Source of the DNA: Eledone cirrhosa
Lineage: Eukaryota
Assembly: GCA_964016885.1 (NCBI GenBank)
Contig: OZ024743.1
Coordinates: 305,350,001-305,414,000 of the forward strand
Direction of reading: 5' to 3'
DNA length: 64,000 bases
A program made the position numbers and the translations under genes. The notes under the pieces are model-generated. The model ran no database searches. It saw only the letters and a list, made by a program, of their open reading frames with translations, and was not told where the DNA came from. Shown here piece by piece: positions 38,997 to 51,050 of this stretch. Numbering within the stretch: position 1 is the first letter of the stretch; every line of letters starts with the position of its first letter.

Positions 38997-40619
38997 TCAT
39001 ATAAAAATAGTTTGGCAGAACTTTTTGGGCCAGTGGACTCTCCGACCGGAACGGGTCGTAGTCTTGTATGTAGGTGAAGGTGGGGCAGAAGGAGCAGGTG
39101 TATGCACAATGGTGAAAGATTGGGGTATTTGTGGCTCGGGTGTATGAGCGTCATTGTGTGCCCTTTTCAGTCTATCCACCGAAATTGTCTCTCTGGACCC
39201 CTTAACGTCTACAGTGAAATGTTTGTCAGTGCGTGCTAACACACGGTAGGGTCCAGAGTATGGTTGTGTGAAGGGTGGTCTCACAGCATCGTTCCTTAAG
39301 AACACATGGGTCCACGAGGCAATGTCCCTCGGGACCGCATGTTTTACAGTTTGCTTCCTCGTATCCATCGGCGGCAGGTCCTGTAAATAAGAACGCAGAC
39401 GGGATACGTAGGAAAGCGGATCTTGGAAAGCAAGATCAACAGGGGCAAGCATTTGCCCAGGCAACGCTAGAGGAGCACCGTAAATTAATTCGGCCGGGGA
39501 GAACCCAAGGTCCTCCTTTATTGATGACCGAATTCCTAATAACACAATAGGAAGGTACTCGCTCCAACGTTGAGAGTCTGGATAGGCGCGAAGAGCGGCC
39601 TTTAATTGGCGGTGGAATCGTTCCACCATTCCATTTGAAGCAGGATGATAGGCTGTGGTCCGAATCCGTTGAGCTCCAATTATTTTTGTGAGCTCAGAGA
39701 AGAGATGGGACTCGAATTGTCTACCGCGGTCTGTGGTGAGTGTAGTTGGTACCCCAAAGCGGGTAATCCACCCTGATACCAGGGCACGTGCTACAGTCTC
39801 AGCAGTCATGTCTTGTAAAGGGATGGCTTCAGGCCATCTCGAAAAACGATCGACACACGTCAATATGTATGAATATCCACTGCTGAATGGCCAAGGTCCA
39901 ACGATGTCAATGTGGATGTGTTGAAACCGGGCATCTGGAGTGGTGAAAGTACCAAGTGGAGTCCGGATGTGTCTATGGATCTTCGATTTCTGGCAAGCGA
40001 TACAGGAACGGCAAAAAACAGCAATGTCTCGCCTCATATTAGGCCAGAAGAATCTGGCTGTTATAAGTTTAACTGTGGCAGCCGATCCTGGATGAGAAAT
40101 GTTGTGCAGAGCCAGGAACACAATTCGACGGTGAGTCTCAGGAACAAGTGGTCGTGGTGCATCAGTGGATACATCACAAAGGATCTGCCTGTCGGTGGTG
40201 GACAAGGGCAGATATTTGAAAATGCAAGTCGCAAATTCGGTAGAAAGAGTGTCCAACGATTGGAGTGCAGGTTGGTCTGCAGCTAAACGACCTAAATCGA
40301 TGTCCTGGGATGACGAGATGGAGCTAATTGGCAAACGAGATAATGCGTCTGCAACTATGTTGTGCGAGCCGGCAATGTGCTGGATATCGTTTGTAAATTG
40401 TGAAACGTAGTCCAGGTGCCTTGTCTCTCTGGGCGAATATCTGTCGGCTTTGGCCCTCAAAGCGAAGGTCAACGGTTTGTGGTCGGTAAAAACCGTAAAA
40501 TTTCTCCCCTCAAGGATATGAGAGAAATGTTTCACCGGCAGATATATGGCTAATAATTCCCGCCCAAACGTGCTATAACGCGTTTCTGCTGGTTTCAACT
40601 TCCTCGAGAAAAATGCCAA
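38997..40619 (-). CDS. pol: Gypsy Pol C-part: RNase H, integrase (HHCC, DDE) and GPY/F domain
   Basis: FFSRKL...ELLAIY...TDHKPL...NIVADALSR; H-HPG...C..CQ; [28 protein letters not shown]; in frame with the upstream ORF across one TAG. Confidence 0.93.
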   Translation of the reverse strand: MAFFSRKLKPAETRYSTFGRELLAIYLPVKHFSHILEGRNFTVFTDHKPLTFALRAKADRYSPRETRHLDYVSQFTNDIQHIAGSHNIVADALSRLPISSISSSQDIDLGRLAADQPALQSLDTLSTEFATCIFKYLPLSTTDRQILCDVSTDAPRPLVPETHRRIVFLALHNISHPGSAATVKLITARFFWPNMRRDIAVFCRSCIACQKSKIHRHIRTPLGTFTTPDARFQHIHIDIVGPWPFSSGYSYILTCVDRFSRWPEAIPLQDMTAETVARALVSGWITRFGVPTTLTTDRGRQFESHLFSELTKIIGAQRIRTTAYHPASNGMVERFHRQLKAALRAYPDSQRWSEYLPIVLLGIRSSIKEDLGFSPAELIYGAPLALPGQMLAPVDLAFQDPLSYVSRLRSYLQDLPPMDTRKQTVKHAVPRDIASWTHVFLRNDAVRPPFTQPYSGPYRVLARTDKHFTVDVKGSRETISVDRLKRAHNDAHTPEPQIPQSFTIVHTPAPSAPPSPTYKTTTRSGRRVHWPKKFCQTIFI

Positions 40620-40643
40620 AGGTTGTTGGCTTTCAGCGTAAGA

Positions 40644-42125
40644 CTAATGTAAAACTGCTCCCACAGCGGTATCAGATGCATCAACACAAAGCGAAAGCTT
40701 GGCCTCTGGTACCGGGTGGGCTAGCAAAGAAGAACTAGCGAGGGCTGTCTTGGCAGACTGGAAGTCCTGAAGCTGTCCTTGTGTCAAGGAAATGTCTTCA
40801 TTCTTCTTACGACGTTTTTTTAAAATGTCAGTAAGGGAAGATAGCCAATTAGCACAATGAGGAATGAAACGCCTATAGAAATTGATTAGGCCTAAGAAGT
40901 GACGCAACTGGTGAAGTGTAGTAGGCGGCGGTAACTCCTGTATGGCTTGAACTCGCTCAGGGAGCGGCCTAATACCTTCGGCGTCGATGAGGTGGCCTAA
41001 AAAATGTAGGGAAGTGGAACCGAAAACACACTTTGCAGGATTCACGCGAACGCGGTAATCCTGAAGTCGCCGAAGTAAGAGAAGCATGTGGCGCATATGC
41101 TCTTCCGGAGAGGAACTAGCGACGAGAATATCGTCTATGTAAGCATAGACGAAGTCCAGACCACGCGTGACCTCGTCTATGAACCGCTGAAAAGTGCTAG
41201 CGGCGTTCCTGAGTCCGAAAGGCATGGTCAAAAATTCGAATGATCCGAAAGGGGTTGTAATTGCAGTTTTCGGAATATCCTCCTTCCTGACCGGAATTTG
41301 GTGGTAGGCTCGCACTAAATCTAACTTAGAAAAAATCTTACACCCCTGCAGTGAAGATGCAAAATCGTGGAGATGGGGAATGGGATACCTATCCGGGACG
41401 GTCATGGCATTTAACCTCCTATAATCCCCCGTGGGTCTCCAGTCGCCGGAAGTCTTAGGCACCATGTGTAACGGTGAAGCCCAAGGACTCGTAGATGGGC
41501 GAATAATGCCCAGCTGCAGCATATGGTCGAACTCGGACCGTGCTGCCTTTAATTTTTCCGTCGGTAAGCGGCGTGGGCGCGAAAACACTGGGGCACCGGT
41601 GGTGGAAACAAAATGTTCGGTCGAGTGTGTTGGGTCAGTGACTCGAAAATTTCCATCCGTGAGCTCCGGGAAAGAACCCAGTAACGCATGGTAAGCGTCA
41701 CCAGCGGCAGCAATAAAGAACACGGGGCTGACTATTGGGGCCTTGGCTTCCTGGCCATGAATTGAAAAGCCGGTGATGTTATCCACCAGGCGTTGGCCAC
41801 GGACGTCCACAGTTAAAGAGAAGTTGTGGAGGAAATCCGCTCCTAAGATGGGATATGGCAAATCGGCAACCGTAAAAATCCACTTAAAATCCCTTCGAAG
41901 ATTTAGGAATTTAAGAGGGAGCGAGATTTGCCCGTACGTCTTTATAGACGAGTGGTTAACTGCCTGCAGCGTGACAGATGACTCTATGGGGGTATCTTTC
42001 AGGCAATGGACCGGCCAGATACTACAGGAGGCTCCTGTATCCACGAGGAAACCTCTTCCGGATATTAGGTCCTTAATGAAGAAATGGCGGTTTGGTGGCT
42101 TTATGTTGAGGCCATCTGTCCCCAT
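40644..42125 (-). CDS. pol: Gypsy Pol N-part: aspartic protease, reverse transcriptase and start of RNase H
   Basis: [48 protein letters not shown]; ends at a premature TAG (40644-40646). Confidence 0.95.
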   Translation of the reverse strand: MGTDGLNIKPPNRHFFIKDLISGRGFLVDTGASCSIWPVHCLKDTPIESSVTLQAVNHSSIKTYGQISLPLKFLNLRRDFKWIFTVADLPYPILGADFLHNFSLTVDVRGQRLVDNITGFSIHGQEAKAPIVSPVFFIAAAGDAYHALLGSFPELTDGNFRVTDPTHSTEHFVSTTGAPVFSRPRRLPTEKLKAARSEFDHMLQLGIIRPSTSPWASPLHMVPKTSGDWRPTGDYRRLNAMTVPDRYPIPHLHDFASSLQGCKIFSKLDLVRAYHQIPVRKEDIPKTAITTPFGSFEFLTMPFGLRNAASTFQRFIDEVTRGLDFVYAYIDDILVASSSPEEHMRHMLLLLRRLQDYRVRVNPAKCVFGSTSLHFLGHLIDAEGIRPLPERVQAIQELPPPTTLHQLRHFLGLINFYRRFIPHCANWLSSLTDILKKRRKKNEDISLTQGQLQDFQSAKTALASSSLLAHPVPEAKLSLCVDASDTAVGAVLH

Positions 42126-42149
42126 CAGAGGACCTCTTAAGCGTTTCCC
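42108..42149 (-). promoter_or_regulatory. -1 programmed ribosomal frameshift signal at the gag/pol junction
   Basis: G GGA AAC heptamer in the gag frame, 6-nt spacer, hairpin GAGGUC-C-UCUG/CAGA-U-GGCCUC; the -1 frame runs [13 protein letters not shown] into pol. Confidence 0.8.
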
Positions 42150-42931
42150 GCCTTATGATAGGAGCAAGGTTGCAGGCAGTGCTTCGCGTCCTCCGCGAAC
42201 CGCTCTTGGTACCAGCATAAGGCTGAACCAGGTGATTTGGACCGCCGTCTGAAACTTTGCGATCTCCCGCGACTGCGGGAGCGCGAACAGCCACCACACA
42301 AGGCCTTCATCTTGTGGAGCTCCATGGTGAGCTGCTGAATGGACCTTTGCATCGCAATGATCGCCAAGCTATCTGTTGGTGCTGCCGCGTAGATCGCATG
42401 GCCGTGTGTGGCCCGAGCCGGGTGTTGAACAGCGGCGAGGGGGTCGCAGTCTCCGGCATTCGTCACCTCGAATATCTTGTCCGCCGATAAGGCAAGCTGC
42501 TCAACCGAGCTCGAATCCCTCATGGGGGCCAAAATTGCCTGTACGTTCGTCGGCAGGCGCGAAAAGAACAACTGCTTCAGCAGGGCAGTTTCCGCTGCAG
42601 ACCCCTCCGTTAGGTCCTTCATCCGCCTAAGGAGGTTCGATGGTGTGCCATCCCCTATGTGCTCCAGGTGGACCAGAGCCCTAAATCTCCTCTCTGACGA
42701 CTGTTCTGTCCGGCTGAGTATTTCAGCCTTCAGAGACGCGTACGACGACTCTGTCGTTGCCTCCAACACGAGGTCCTTGACCGCTGGGAGAATTGCCGGC
42801 GGAATGGCACTGAGGACCACAGAATGCTGTAGTTCCTCGTCGACTCTGTTCGCCCTGAAGAAAGCTTCTAATTGCGAGAACCACAACCTTACGTCGCCCG
42901 TGTACGTTGGCAGAACAGAGTGGGAAGCCAT
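42137..42931 (-). CDS. gag: Gypsy Gag
   Basis: [19 protein letters not shown]...PSNLLRRM...LFFSRLP...[18 protein letters not shown]; lies between the PBS and pol. Confidence 0.9.
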   Translation of the reverse strand: MASHSVLPTYTGDVRLWFSQLEAFFRANRVDEELQHSVVLSAIPPAILPAVKDLVLEATTESSYASLKAEILSRTEQSSERRFRALVHLEHIGDGTPSNLLRRMKDLTEGSAAETALLKQLFFSRLPTNVQAILAPMRDSSSVEQLALSADKIFEVTNAGDCDPLAAVQHPARATHGHAIYAAAPTDSLAIIAMQRSIQQLTMELHKMKALCGGCSRSRSRGRSQSFRRRSKSPGSALCWYQERFAEDAKHCLQPCSYHKAGNA

Positions 42932-43402
42932 TGGTATGCCGTAGTGATCTACCGTTTGGGAAAAATTTCTCTAAGGTAACAGTAAATGGAAACTAAAATC
43001 TTTCGTCGGAGCACTGAACCGGAAAACTAATGCATCCGGGACAGTGTGCGAACAAGCGATTACTTGAATGCTGTTATCTACGTTAATTTCGGGGGGCTTA
43101 AAAACTCAACAAAAAAAAATCCAACATGGCGGACTATTTCGCGCCAAAACACTATTTAAAGAGAAGAGAGACTCCATCTTGTCATCCTCATAAAAATTAT
43201 TTTTTTGCGAGAGAAGCGAAAGGCAGAAAAAGGAGAGAAAAGAGAATGGTGAAAACATTTATAGAATTGTGGTTTGTCTGCGTGTCAATAATTGTAGGTG
43301 TTATATTTTTCTCTTTTTTCTTTTTTTTTTTTTTTTTTTGTTTGTGTCTTATATCATATCAGATACACCGTATACCATTTCCCATTGAAAAAAAAAAATA
43401 AT

Positions 43403-43421
43403 ATCACGTCGGGGGTCACCA
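43403..43421 (-). promoter_or_regulatory. Primer binding site, tRNA-Trp type
   Basis: TGGTGACCCCCGACGTGAT 1 nt after the 5' LTR, complementary to the tRNA-Trp 3' end (...AUCACGUCGGGGUCACCA) with one extra C. Confidence 0.85.
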
Positions 43422-43422
43422 C

Positions 43423-43849
43423 TTTAGGAAATAGATATCGGTGCACATGCAACATAATATAAAAGACAAAGAGTACTGGTGTGTGTGATAAAGTTTTACT
43501 TCATAGAAGTCAAAGGTGTTAATGTAAAGGGTTGTTACCCGATGGCAATAATACCATTGTGAAGTTGGTAGAAAATGTCTTGGCGCTCTCATCTCAGGCT
43601 GGTGAGCTGCATTGTGCTGGTAACAAAAGGGTCGTCGAGAAAGAATCACCAGCTATGGTCGAAGATGTTACCACTTCAGGAATCAGGAGGCGAGAGAGAG
43701 ATTTCGCAGTTAATCGCTCCTTTTATCTCTGTTGACCGGAAGTGACCACTAGGGAGTTTGGTCAATCCCAAAGGGAAGCAACTCCACCTACTTCCTGTCT
43801 AGAGAACAGCGATTCGATTGTCGTGGCAGGGGAGGCAACTCTTACTACA
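43423..43849 (-). repeat. 5' LTR of the Gypsy element
   Basis: adjacent PBS; direct repeat of 37717-38144. Confidence 0.95.
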
Positions 43850-44552
43850 CATTTTACAAAGAAATATGTGAATGTAACAAACTGATAATTCAAAGTCAAT
43901 CTAGGGGAGCAGAGAAATTGCTCAATAAGTTCAAAGTTTTTCAAAGTCAAATAGTTCACACATCACCAGTGTACAGACACTAGTTCTATCTGAAAACTGA
44001 AAAACAAGTTTGTTAATGCCGTTAGGGGTTAGATGTATGGTGTTTTTGTGAGATTTCGTGGCCATTTTCCCGTCCCGCCACACAGTTGTGTTGCTTATTG
44101 TTAAAGCAAAGTCAAAGAATCTTCTGTAGAGTAGGAGTCACCAAATATGGCAGTCACGTCTGACGCCATAATGGTGAGAAAACTACTGTCTCAATTTCTC
44201 GCGTCCCTGTGGTAACGAGACAGAAGGTATGGTGGTTGCGTCGGTAAAGTTACAAGCCGTTTTGAAATTTCCGATGTGTGGTGGTTGGCGTTGGTAAGGT
44301 TATGAAGCTGCCACTCACTGTTCCCTGTATTGGTCAGTGGTTAAACAACGCTGTCGCTGCTGCTGTCATTGTTGTTGTCAAGCGTAGCCATGACATGTCG
44401 GTAGCCATCTTGAAATTTTTTCGTGGCGAAAAAGTTTTTGAAATACTGCTAATTTTTCAAGAATCTTAAAAGGAATATTCTGGATTTTCGCAAGTTGCGA
44501 CGTGGCAATAAAAGTTAAACTGAATGAATAAGAAGGGCTGCGTGACATTCTT

Positions 44553-44565
44553 ACGTCGGTCACCA
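44553..44565 (-). promoter_or_regulatory. PBS of the outer element (shortened tRNA-Trp type)
   Basis: TGGTGACCGACGT 1 nt after the LTR. Confidence 0.7.
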
Positions 44566-44566
44566 C

Positions 44567-45116
44567 TTTAGCAGTATTAGTTATAGATGTTATCGCCGGT
44601 TTAGCAGGGTGGTAGAATCAGTGGTCGTTAGTTGCCAGTGTGGTAAGTGATAGTATCCTCGTTGAATTATCTTGTTGACATAGACGTGAGGGAAGGTCCC
44701 TCGATCTATTTACCATCTATTTACAATATTCCTTTCGTCAGGTCGCCAATTCCAGCAGCATGGATTAAAGATGTTATTGAGACACGAGTAAAACAACGAC
44801 TTCAACCGCAGTAATTAGAGATGCAATGTTTGTTTATTTATATGGTTGAAGTTACAGATAAAAAGAGGTTACATTAGGGAATGTGCCATTGCGCCGTTAA
44901 GCCGGCGTGGCTAGTGGTGCAATATCTCACTGTTACATTATTGGTGTTGCTGGCTTGAAGTTTCCGGTACAAGAGCGAGATTCTTCAAATCTTCGCGGTG
45001 AATTTCTTCCTCAGGGCGCGTAGGGATACATCCTCTTCTACTGGCGCTGATTGGCTGAACTGAGCCAAATCACGCACAGAGAATATATGTGAGCCCGCGG
45101 AATGTAGGACACTACA
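44567..45116 (-). repeat. 5' LTR of the outer element
   Basis: direct repeat of 36304-36853. Confidence 0.93.
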
Positions 45117-45342
45117 CAAGCATGGAAGATAGACGTTAAACGATGATGATGATGATGATGATGATGATTGATATAGATGGGAGAAGGGGGATTGAGAACA
45201 ATATTGTAATTTGTTTTCACAATGCCCCCCCCCCCTATCCCTTATCTTTTGTCTTTGTGACAATGACAAAATTAGTATGGAAGAAACATTTTGATGGTGT
45301 CTTTGTATTTTATTCATCATTTTCTCCCTTTTCTTTTTTCAG

Positions 45343-45479
45343 AATATTATATATCGGCAAATTCTGAAAATGGCAGAACTGGAGATAAGACACATATCAT
45401 ATTTAAAAATGTTTTACCTCCTGCAGGACATAGTTTCTACTTTTCTTATTTTATTCATGAAAATGGTGGTAAACTGCAG
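45343..45479 (+). CDS. MAM gene exon, MAM4 middle (EYYISANSENGRTGD...FYFSYFIHENGGKLQ)
   Basis: long pyrimidine tract ending tttcag|, CAG|gtatgg donor, phase 1-0. Confidence 0.82.
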
Positions 45480-45819
45480 GTATGGTCAAATACTTTTCCC
45501 TTTTCATTTTATGAACATATTTACATTCAAACTGATTTGTAAGGGTATGATTGGTTGATAAAGTACAAAAGCCAGTCATGAAATCAATAGTACTTGTGTT
45601 ATCATTGGCAATGTCTTCTGGGTGCAAGCAAGATAATCAACGCTCATGTTGTTGAGTTTAAGGAATTTGAAGATCTTATTAAATAAGTTTTGACATATTT
45701 GTCTCCAAGCAGTATGTCTATGGCAAATCATTCCAGTTGAACACATTTTTACTGCATCACTTATGTGTTCTAGCAAACAGACTGAGGCTGTGCTGGGGCA
45801 CCACCATTATTATATTTTT

Positions 45820-46000
45820 GGTGGTATCGATAGAGGGTTGGACGTCATGCTTTCCAGCATAGTTATGTCCCTTTACAGTCTGAGTTCAAATCTCGTCAAG
45901 GTTAACTTTGCCTTTCATCCTTACGGGGTCGATAAAATAAAGTACCATTAATGCACTGGGTAATTGCTGGCCTTGTGCCAAAAGTAGAAACAATTATTAT
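45820..46000 (+). mobile_element. tRNA-derived SINE
   Basis: head, B-box, core and tail shared with 21759. Confidence 0.85.
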
Positions 46001-46589
46001 TTTTAACTTTAATTAAAGCTAGATTTTACATTCAATATTTGCTATGATCTAAATTTAATAACTTCAACTCAGACCTACAAACTGGCTAAAACTTACATCA
46101 ATTTTATAGTGCTATGGCTGATTATATGTGTGAGCTGTTTGTTCCTGTTTTATCTGTCAATTTACAGGAGAATTAAACCATTTGAGAATTAAATAATTTT
46201 GTCACTTGGCACTGATATTATGGAAGGGATATAAAGTATGTGCTGGAATATATTTGGCAATCAGTGTATGTGAAATACAATAAAATACACCACAGAACAT
46301 ATTTTCATGAAAGAGAGCATTTTCATTCTTGTTCTGTATCAATTTTGGGGAATGTAATGTGTTAGGTGCATTGTTTCACTTAGAAACTAATTGTCAAATC
46401 TGCTCTATTATATGAATTATTGTGGATATAGAAAAATAGATGGGTTTAAAGAACAATATTTTTAAAGTTGAAAAATATCCAACTTGTTTTAGACTAAAAC
46501 TAAATGCAATCATATATAGAATTCATACATACATGCATACACACACACATACATACATTCATACATAAATGCATACATACATACATACA

Positions 46590-47095
46590 TACACATGTGA
46601 TGCGTATGAAGGATGACAGTTGCATAAAAAGGTGTAGAGCATTAGAAGTCGATGGAAGCCGTGGAGTGGGGAGACCCAAGAAGACCTGGTATGAGGTGAT
46701 AAAGGCTGACCTTACCCAATTGCACTTCTGGCGTCACACAGTAATACAGAAGAAGTGACCCCCCCCCCACAGGAACAAGCCGAAGCAGAAGCATATAGAC
46801 AATATGTCCTACACCCTCCCACTGAAAAGTGGTCGTCGAGGTGCCACAGCAAAAACGCACCCAGCCCACACTGTAAAGTGGACGTGTACGTGCCACGGAA
46901 AAAAAGCACCCAGTACTTACTGTAAATGAGGTTGGTGTTAGCAAGGGCATCTATCTGTAGAAATCAAGCGAGAATCAGTTCCTGTATGAGCAAGACAAGG
47001 TCAGCCAAATAGACATTGCTCACAACAGGACAACCCATGCTAGCATAGAAGAATGGACGTAAAACGGTGATGATGATGATGATGATGATGATGAT
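46590..47095 (+). mobile_element. RTE LINE 3' end with (GAT)n tail
   Basis: HVMRMKDDSCIKRCRALEVDGSRGVGRPKKTW followed by the family 3' UTR. Confidence 0.88.
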
Positions 47096-47581
47096 ATATA
47101 TATGTATAAACAAATTAACTTGAAAATAGAGTTTTGAGATGCGAGTGTATTAAGATTCTCAGTAAAATGGGAAAACTTGGCATATGGAAGTCTTTAGAAT
47201 AGCAAAATACTGTTGAAGCAGCGTTGGGTAAAATATTACCTCAAAGGACAGAGATCAGGCTAGATGTGAGTTGACTGAAAGGAAGGAAGAGAAGATAGGA
47301 AGAAGGAAAAAGAATGGATGAAAGCAAACAGATCACAAACATAATATGCTCTTCAGATCTCAACCTTCTACAGTTTCAACAAATTAATGAGATTACTGCA
47401 GGGAATAGAAGGCTTGTAACAGAGAAACAAATATCTTCATTCATAAATTGTTTGTGTTGGGACAGGTTGATCGACCTCAAGTTGTCGCGAGAAAGGAAGA
47501 ATATTGACGTCAGTAGAGCTGGCCTGTAGAAGGGAGAGAGGGAAAGGAAGAAAGTAACAATGGGAGGGAGAGGGGGAACCA

Positions 47582-48410
47582 TATAATATTTGTAAATCGA
47601 ATTTTAGCTGCATTACAGCAAGTACTATTCGATTTCTTTAAGGTAATCACAAAGCACAGAATGGATAAAAAGTTAAAAACAACATTAAGTCCAGAGTTAA
47701 CACCGCAGTTATAAAATGTGACACCAAGAAAATCAACCGAAAACACAAACTATACATACAACAAAATAACGATAGATACAAAAAGGTTTTTCATGACTGG
47801 ACCATCTCTGATTGATTAAAATCGATATAAACAATAAAATCTCAGATAGGTTTCTGGAACCCCTGGAATTTATATAACAAGTTATATAATGCACAAGTAA
47901 TACAGATAATACATATGTACTTCCATGATCAAACTGCAATTCCTTCATCTGCAGGTTTTGTCTTTTTTAAAAATTCATCAGGACTACAGATTTCATGCTA
48001 CTTGTAGCAGTAATTCAGTCTACAGTCATGTGATCTTACTCAAAGGAAGAAGTCAACTAGTCAAAATTTCTGGTGTTTATTTTTGGATATGAGAACAAAA
48101 GAATTTTCACAGCCTCAAAATACGAAGCTCTCCACTAGAATTTGTAAATGAAAGATAACTAAATATAACTAGATCATCTTCGAATACATGGGTCTAGGTG
48201 AATAAATTATAATATTTGTAAATCAAAGTTTAGCTGCAGTGCAGCAAATGCTATTCGATGTGTTTGAGGTAATCACAAAGAACTCAATGGATCAAAAGTT
48301 AAAAACAAACCTTAAGTCCAGAATTAACACCATAGTTATAAAATGTGACACCAAGAAAACTGACCGAAGGCATAAACTATACATACAAAAAATTACGACA
48401 GATACAAAAT
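47582..48410. repeat. Diverged ~200-bp direct duplication (47582-47782 and 48208-48410)
   Basis: shared tataatatttgtaaatc...aaggtaatcacaaag...agttataaaatgtgacaccaagaaaa...gatacaaaa. Confidence 0.8.
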
Positions 48411-48649
48411 ATATATGTATATATATATATCAAAGGTATATATTAAGTTAGAAACTCAAAATAGTCTGTTACAATAAAATAGCTCTAAGAAAGAGATTTT
48501 TCCGAGCCGTATATTATAATTGAATATAAAAGTTTGAGTCTGGCAAACCTTATTGTCCATAGTTAGTATTTTTTTCAACCTGGTCTCTTACGATTTGAAC
48601 ACATATATGTATATGTCTGTGTTTATCTCTCTTGTATATATATATATAA

Positions 48650-49775
48650 ATTTGTTAGCCTCAGTAGGACTCTATATTCAAATATGAATGCTAGGCTTGC
48701 TATAGATGGTGAATTGTTGAACCCTATCAACTACAATAGTGTGGTGAATCAATGCTGCAAACTTGCCCCTACACTATTTGGGCTCTAAGCTGCTGTACTG
48801 TTCTGTATAGCCTTCAAAGAAGTCAGCACCTCACACAGCATCAAAGTATGGTTTAGATATGATGGTGATATTTTTGTTCTTCATTGCCTCAAGTCCAAGA
48901 CAAAGATACTATTTCATGATTTCATAAAGGAGGTCCAATATGCTGATGATATTGCTGTTTTCTGCAATTATCCCATTGCTCTACAGTAACTGTTATCTAC
49001 ATATAACACAGTTTCTTTGAAAATGGGCCTCCAAATCTTCATTAATAAGACTGAAACAGTGAGTATCGGAGTGCAAGTTGATTTTTTCATTGATGGGCAA
49101 AAACTTGCCAGAGTGGAATGCCTCAAATATTTTGGCAGCTATGTCACCAAAAACTGTAATCTCAATGAAGAACTTAGTACACATATTTCAGTTTCCTCTT
49201 GTGCTGTAGGTAAACTAAGAGTGCGAGTCTTTGAATCCAGGGAACTGGCATCTGAGACTAAACTTAAAGTTTATAACCAATGTGTGACTCTTCTCTTGTA
49301 TGAAGTGAGACGTGGAGTCTCCATCTTTACCACATTAGACAGTTAAGAACAGTTCAGCAACTGGACCTTAAGTTCATTCTCAACATTAAATGGATCACTT
49401 TGTCAAAAACAATGAGGTACTGAAACGTGCAAAGATTCCTGATATTAAACTATCCTCATAAGGAATAGACTCAGATGGGTTGGCCATGTCATCTATATGG
49501 ATGATTGTAGACCTATAACAAAACTTCTTTTAGGTGAGCTTGAGGATGGTGTTCGACATGTAGGACAACCTCTCTTGAGGTATAAGGACACAATCAAAGA
49601 TATTTTAAAAAAAGGTAACATCCTTCACTGCTGGAGGCATTATGTTGATGACAGACCAATATAGCAGAAGCTAATCCATTATGTAAGCATCAATATCGAA
49701 AACCAAAGGAAGTAGGACAACAAGAATAAAAGGGAGAAATGACACATCAACAGACCAGATCGACTATTATAATGA
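48650..49775 (+). mobile_element. RTE-BovB-like LINE RT/3' fragment
   Basis: QCCKLAPTLF, RYDGDIF, EVQYADDIA, MGLQIFINKTE, LKYFGS, RLRWVGHV, GQPLLRYKD. Confidence 0.85.
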
Positions 49776-49778
49776 ACA

Positions 49779-49942
49779 TACTTTGTCAAGCTACTAATAT
49801 AGACTTTGTCAAGCTACTAATATAGACTTTGTCAAGCTACTAATATAGACTTTGTCAAGCTACTAATATAGACTTTGTCAAGCTACTAATATAGACTTTG
49901 TCAAGCTACTAATATAGATTTGTCATGCTACTAATATAGAAT
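49779..49942. repeat. 23-bp minisatellite, ~7 copies (actttgtcaagctactaatatag)
   Basis: 23-nt period directly after the LINE 3' end. Confidence 0.95.
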
Positions 49943-50072
49943 TTGTTTTTTTTGTATATATGTATATGTATATGACTAACTGGAATGACTGCTTGAATAT
50001 TCGGCTGAAACTCATCTTGTGAATTGTTGTTTACCTGTATCGGGACTCAGACAGGTGGTTTATATATGTATA

Positions 50073-50398
50073 TGGCTTAGTGGTTAGAGCATTGGGCTTG
50101 CAATTGAGTGGTTGTAAGTTCGATTCTCTGACCGGGTGATGTGTTGTGCCCTTGAACAAGACACTTTATTTCAAGTTGCTCCAGTTTACTCAGCTGTAGA
50201 AATGAGTTGTGACATCACTGGTGCCAAGCTGTTTCGGTCATTGCTTTTTCCATGGACAACATCAATGGCATGGACAGTGGTAACTGGTATACATGGGCGA
50301 CTACTGGTCTTCTACAACACAAACCTTGCCCAGGCTAGTACCTTGGAGGGAAACTTTCTAGGTGCAAAACCATGGTCATTCATGATCAAGTGGGGCGA
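50073..50398 (+). mobile_element. Full-length tRNA-derived CORE-like SINE
   Basis: tggcttagtgg A-box, gttcgattc B-box, gtgcccttgaacaagacacttt CORE-like segment; other copies at 1, 18790 and 29375. Confidence 0.8.
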
Positions 50399-50409
50399 TA
50401 TATATATAT

Positions 50410-50645
50410 ATTTTTTTATATCTGCATTTTTATTTTTTATTTTTTTAAATTTATTTTTATTTTTCCCTTCTTTTCGTGTTCTTTAGTTGTTAACTTCCCT
50501 CCTTACTCCCTCTCAGAGATCATCTCAACTTTCCTGATGAAGGACATAAGTCCAAAACATCGAAACCTCCTCCACTCCCACCAAGCGTGAACCTAATACA
50601 ACTATGTACAATTGATTCCTGCGTTTGTTTGATCTTTTCAACTAT
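50410..50645 (+). mobile_element. Penelope-like terminal fragment with decayed hammerhead, between (TA)n tracts
   Basis: tttc-CTGATGA-A-GGAC-ATAA-GTCC-AAAAC-ATC-gaaa; downstream aagcgtgaacctaata is shared with the 22635 and 19558 elements. Confidence 0.65.
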
Positions 50646-50689
50646 ATATATATATGTGTGTGTGTGTGTGTGGGCATATATATATATAT

Positions 50690-51050
50690 ATCATCATCAT
50701 CATCGTTTAATGTCTATCTTCCACGGGTTAGCATGGGTTAGACAGGTTTGTCCCATTTAGAAGCAAGTTGGTCGGGTGACCATGTCTTACTCATACTGGA
50801 GTGTTTCTGGCTGGGTTTTTACGGCTGGATGCCCTTCCTAATGCCAACCACATTGACAATGTGTGCTCAGTGCTTTTTGCTGTGTCTTTTACACGTCCAG
50901 TTTACAGTGTTGTCTGGGTGCTTTTTGGGCTGGTTTTCTACAGCTGGATGCTCTTCCTAACGCCAAACACATTGACGGTGTGTGCTAGGTGCTCTTGTTG
51001 TGACACCTACACGATCACTTTACAGTGTGGGCTGGATGATTTGTGGTGCC
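50690..51050 (-). mobile_element. RTE 3' UTR fragment with internal duplication
   Basis: (ATC)n followed by the gctggatgcccttcctaa block twice. Confidence 0.7.

Larger units (their letters stand above)
37717..43849 (-). mobile_element. Ty3/Gypsy LTR retrotransposon, near intact, ~428-bp LTRs, TSD catt
   Basis: LTRs 37717-38144 and 43423-43849 (~3 differences); catt at 37713-37716 and 43850-43853; gag then PR-RT-RH-IN order. Confidence 0.96.
36304..45116 (-). mobile_element. Non-autonomous (LARD/TRIM-like) LTR element with 550-bp LTRs and TSD caag; hosts a nested Gypsy
   Basis: LTRs 36304-36853 and 44567-45116 differ at ~6 positions by eye; caag at 36300-36303 and 45117-45120; own internal region ~1.6 kb without recognisable gag/pol. 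Confidence 0.9.

Noticed and set aside
39275-42944. + strand ORFs overlapping gag/pol
   Set aside because: Antisense shadows of GC-richer coding sequence without recognisable motifs.
50073-50150. tRNA genes at A/B-box-containing segments
   Set aside because: They continue into SINE cores and tails, are multi-copy and show no clean cloverleaf.
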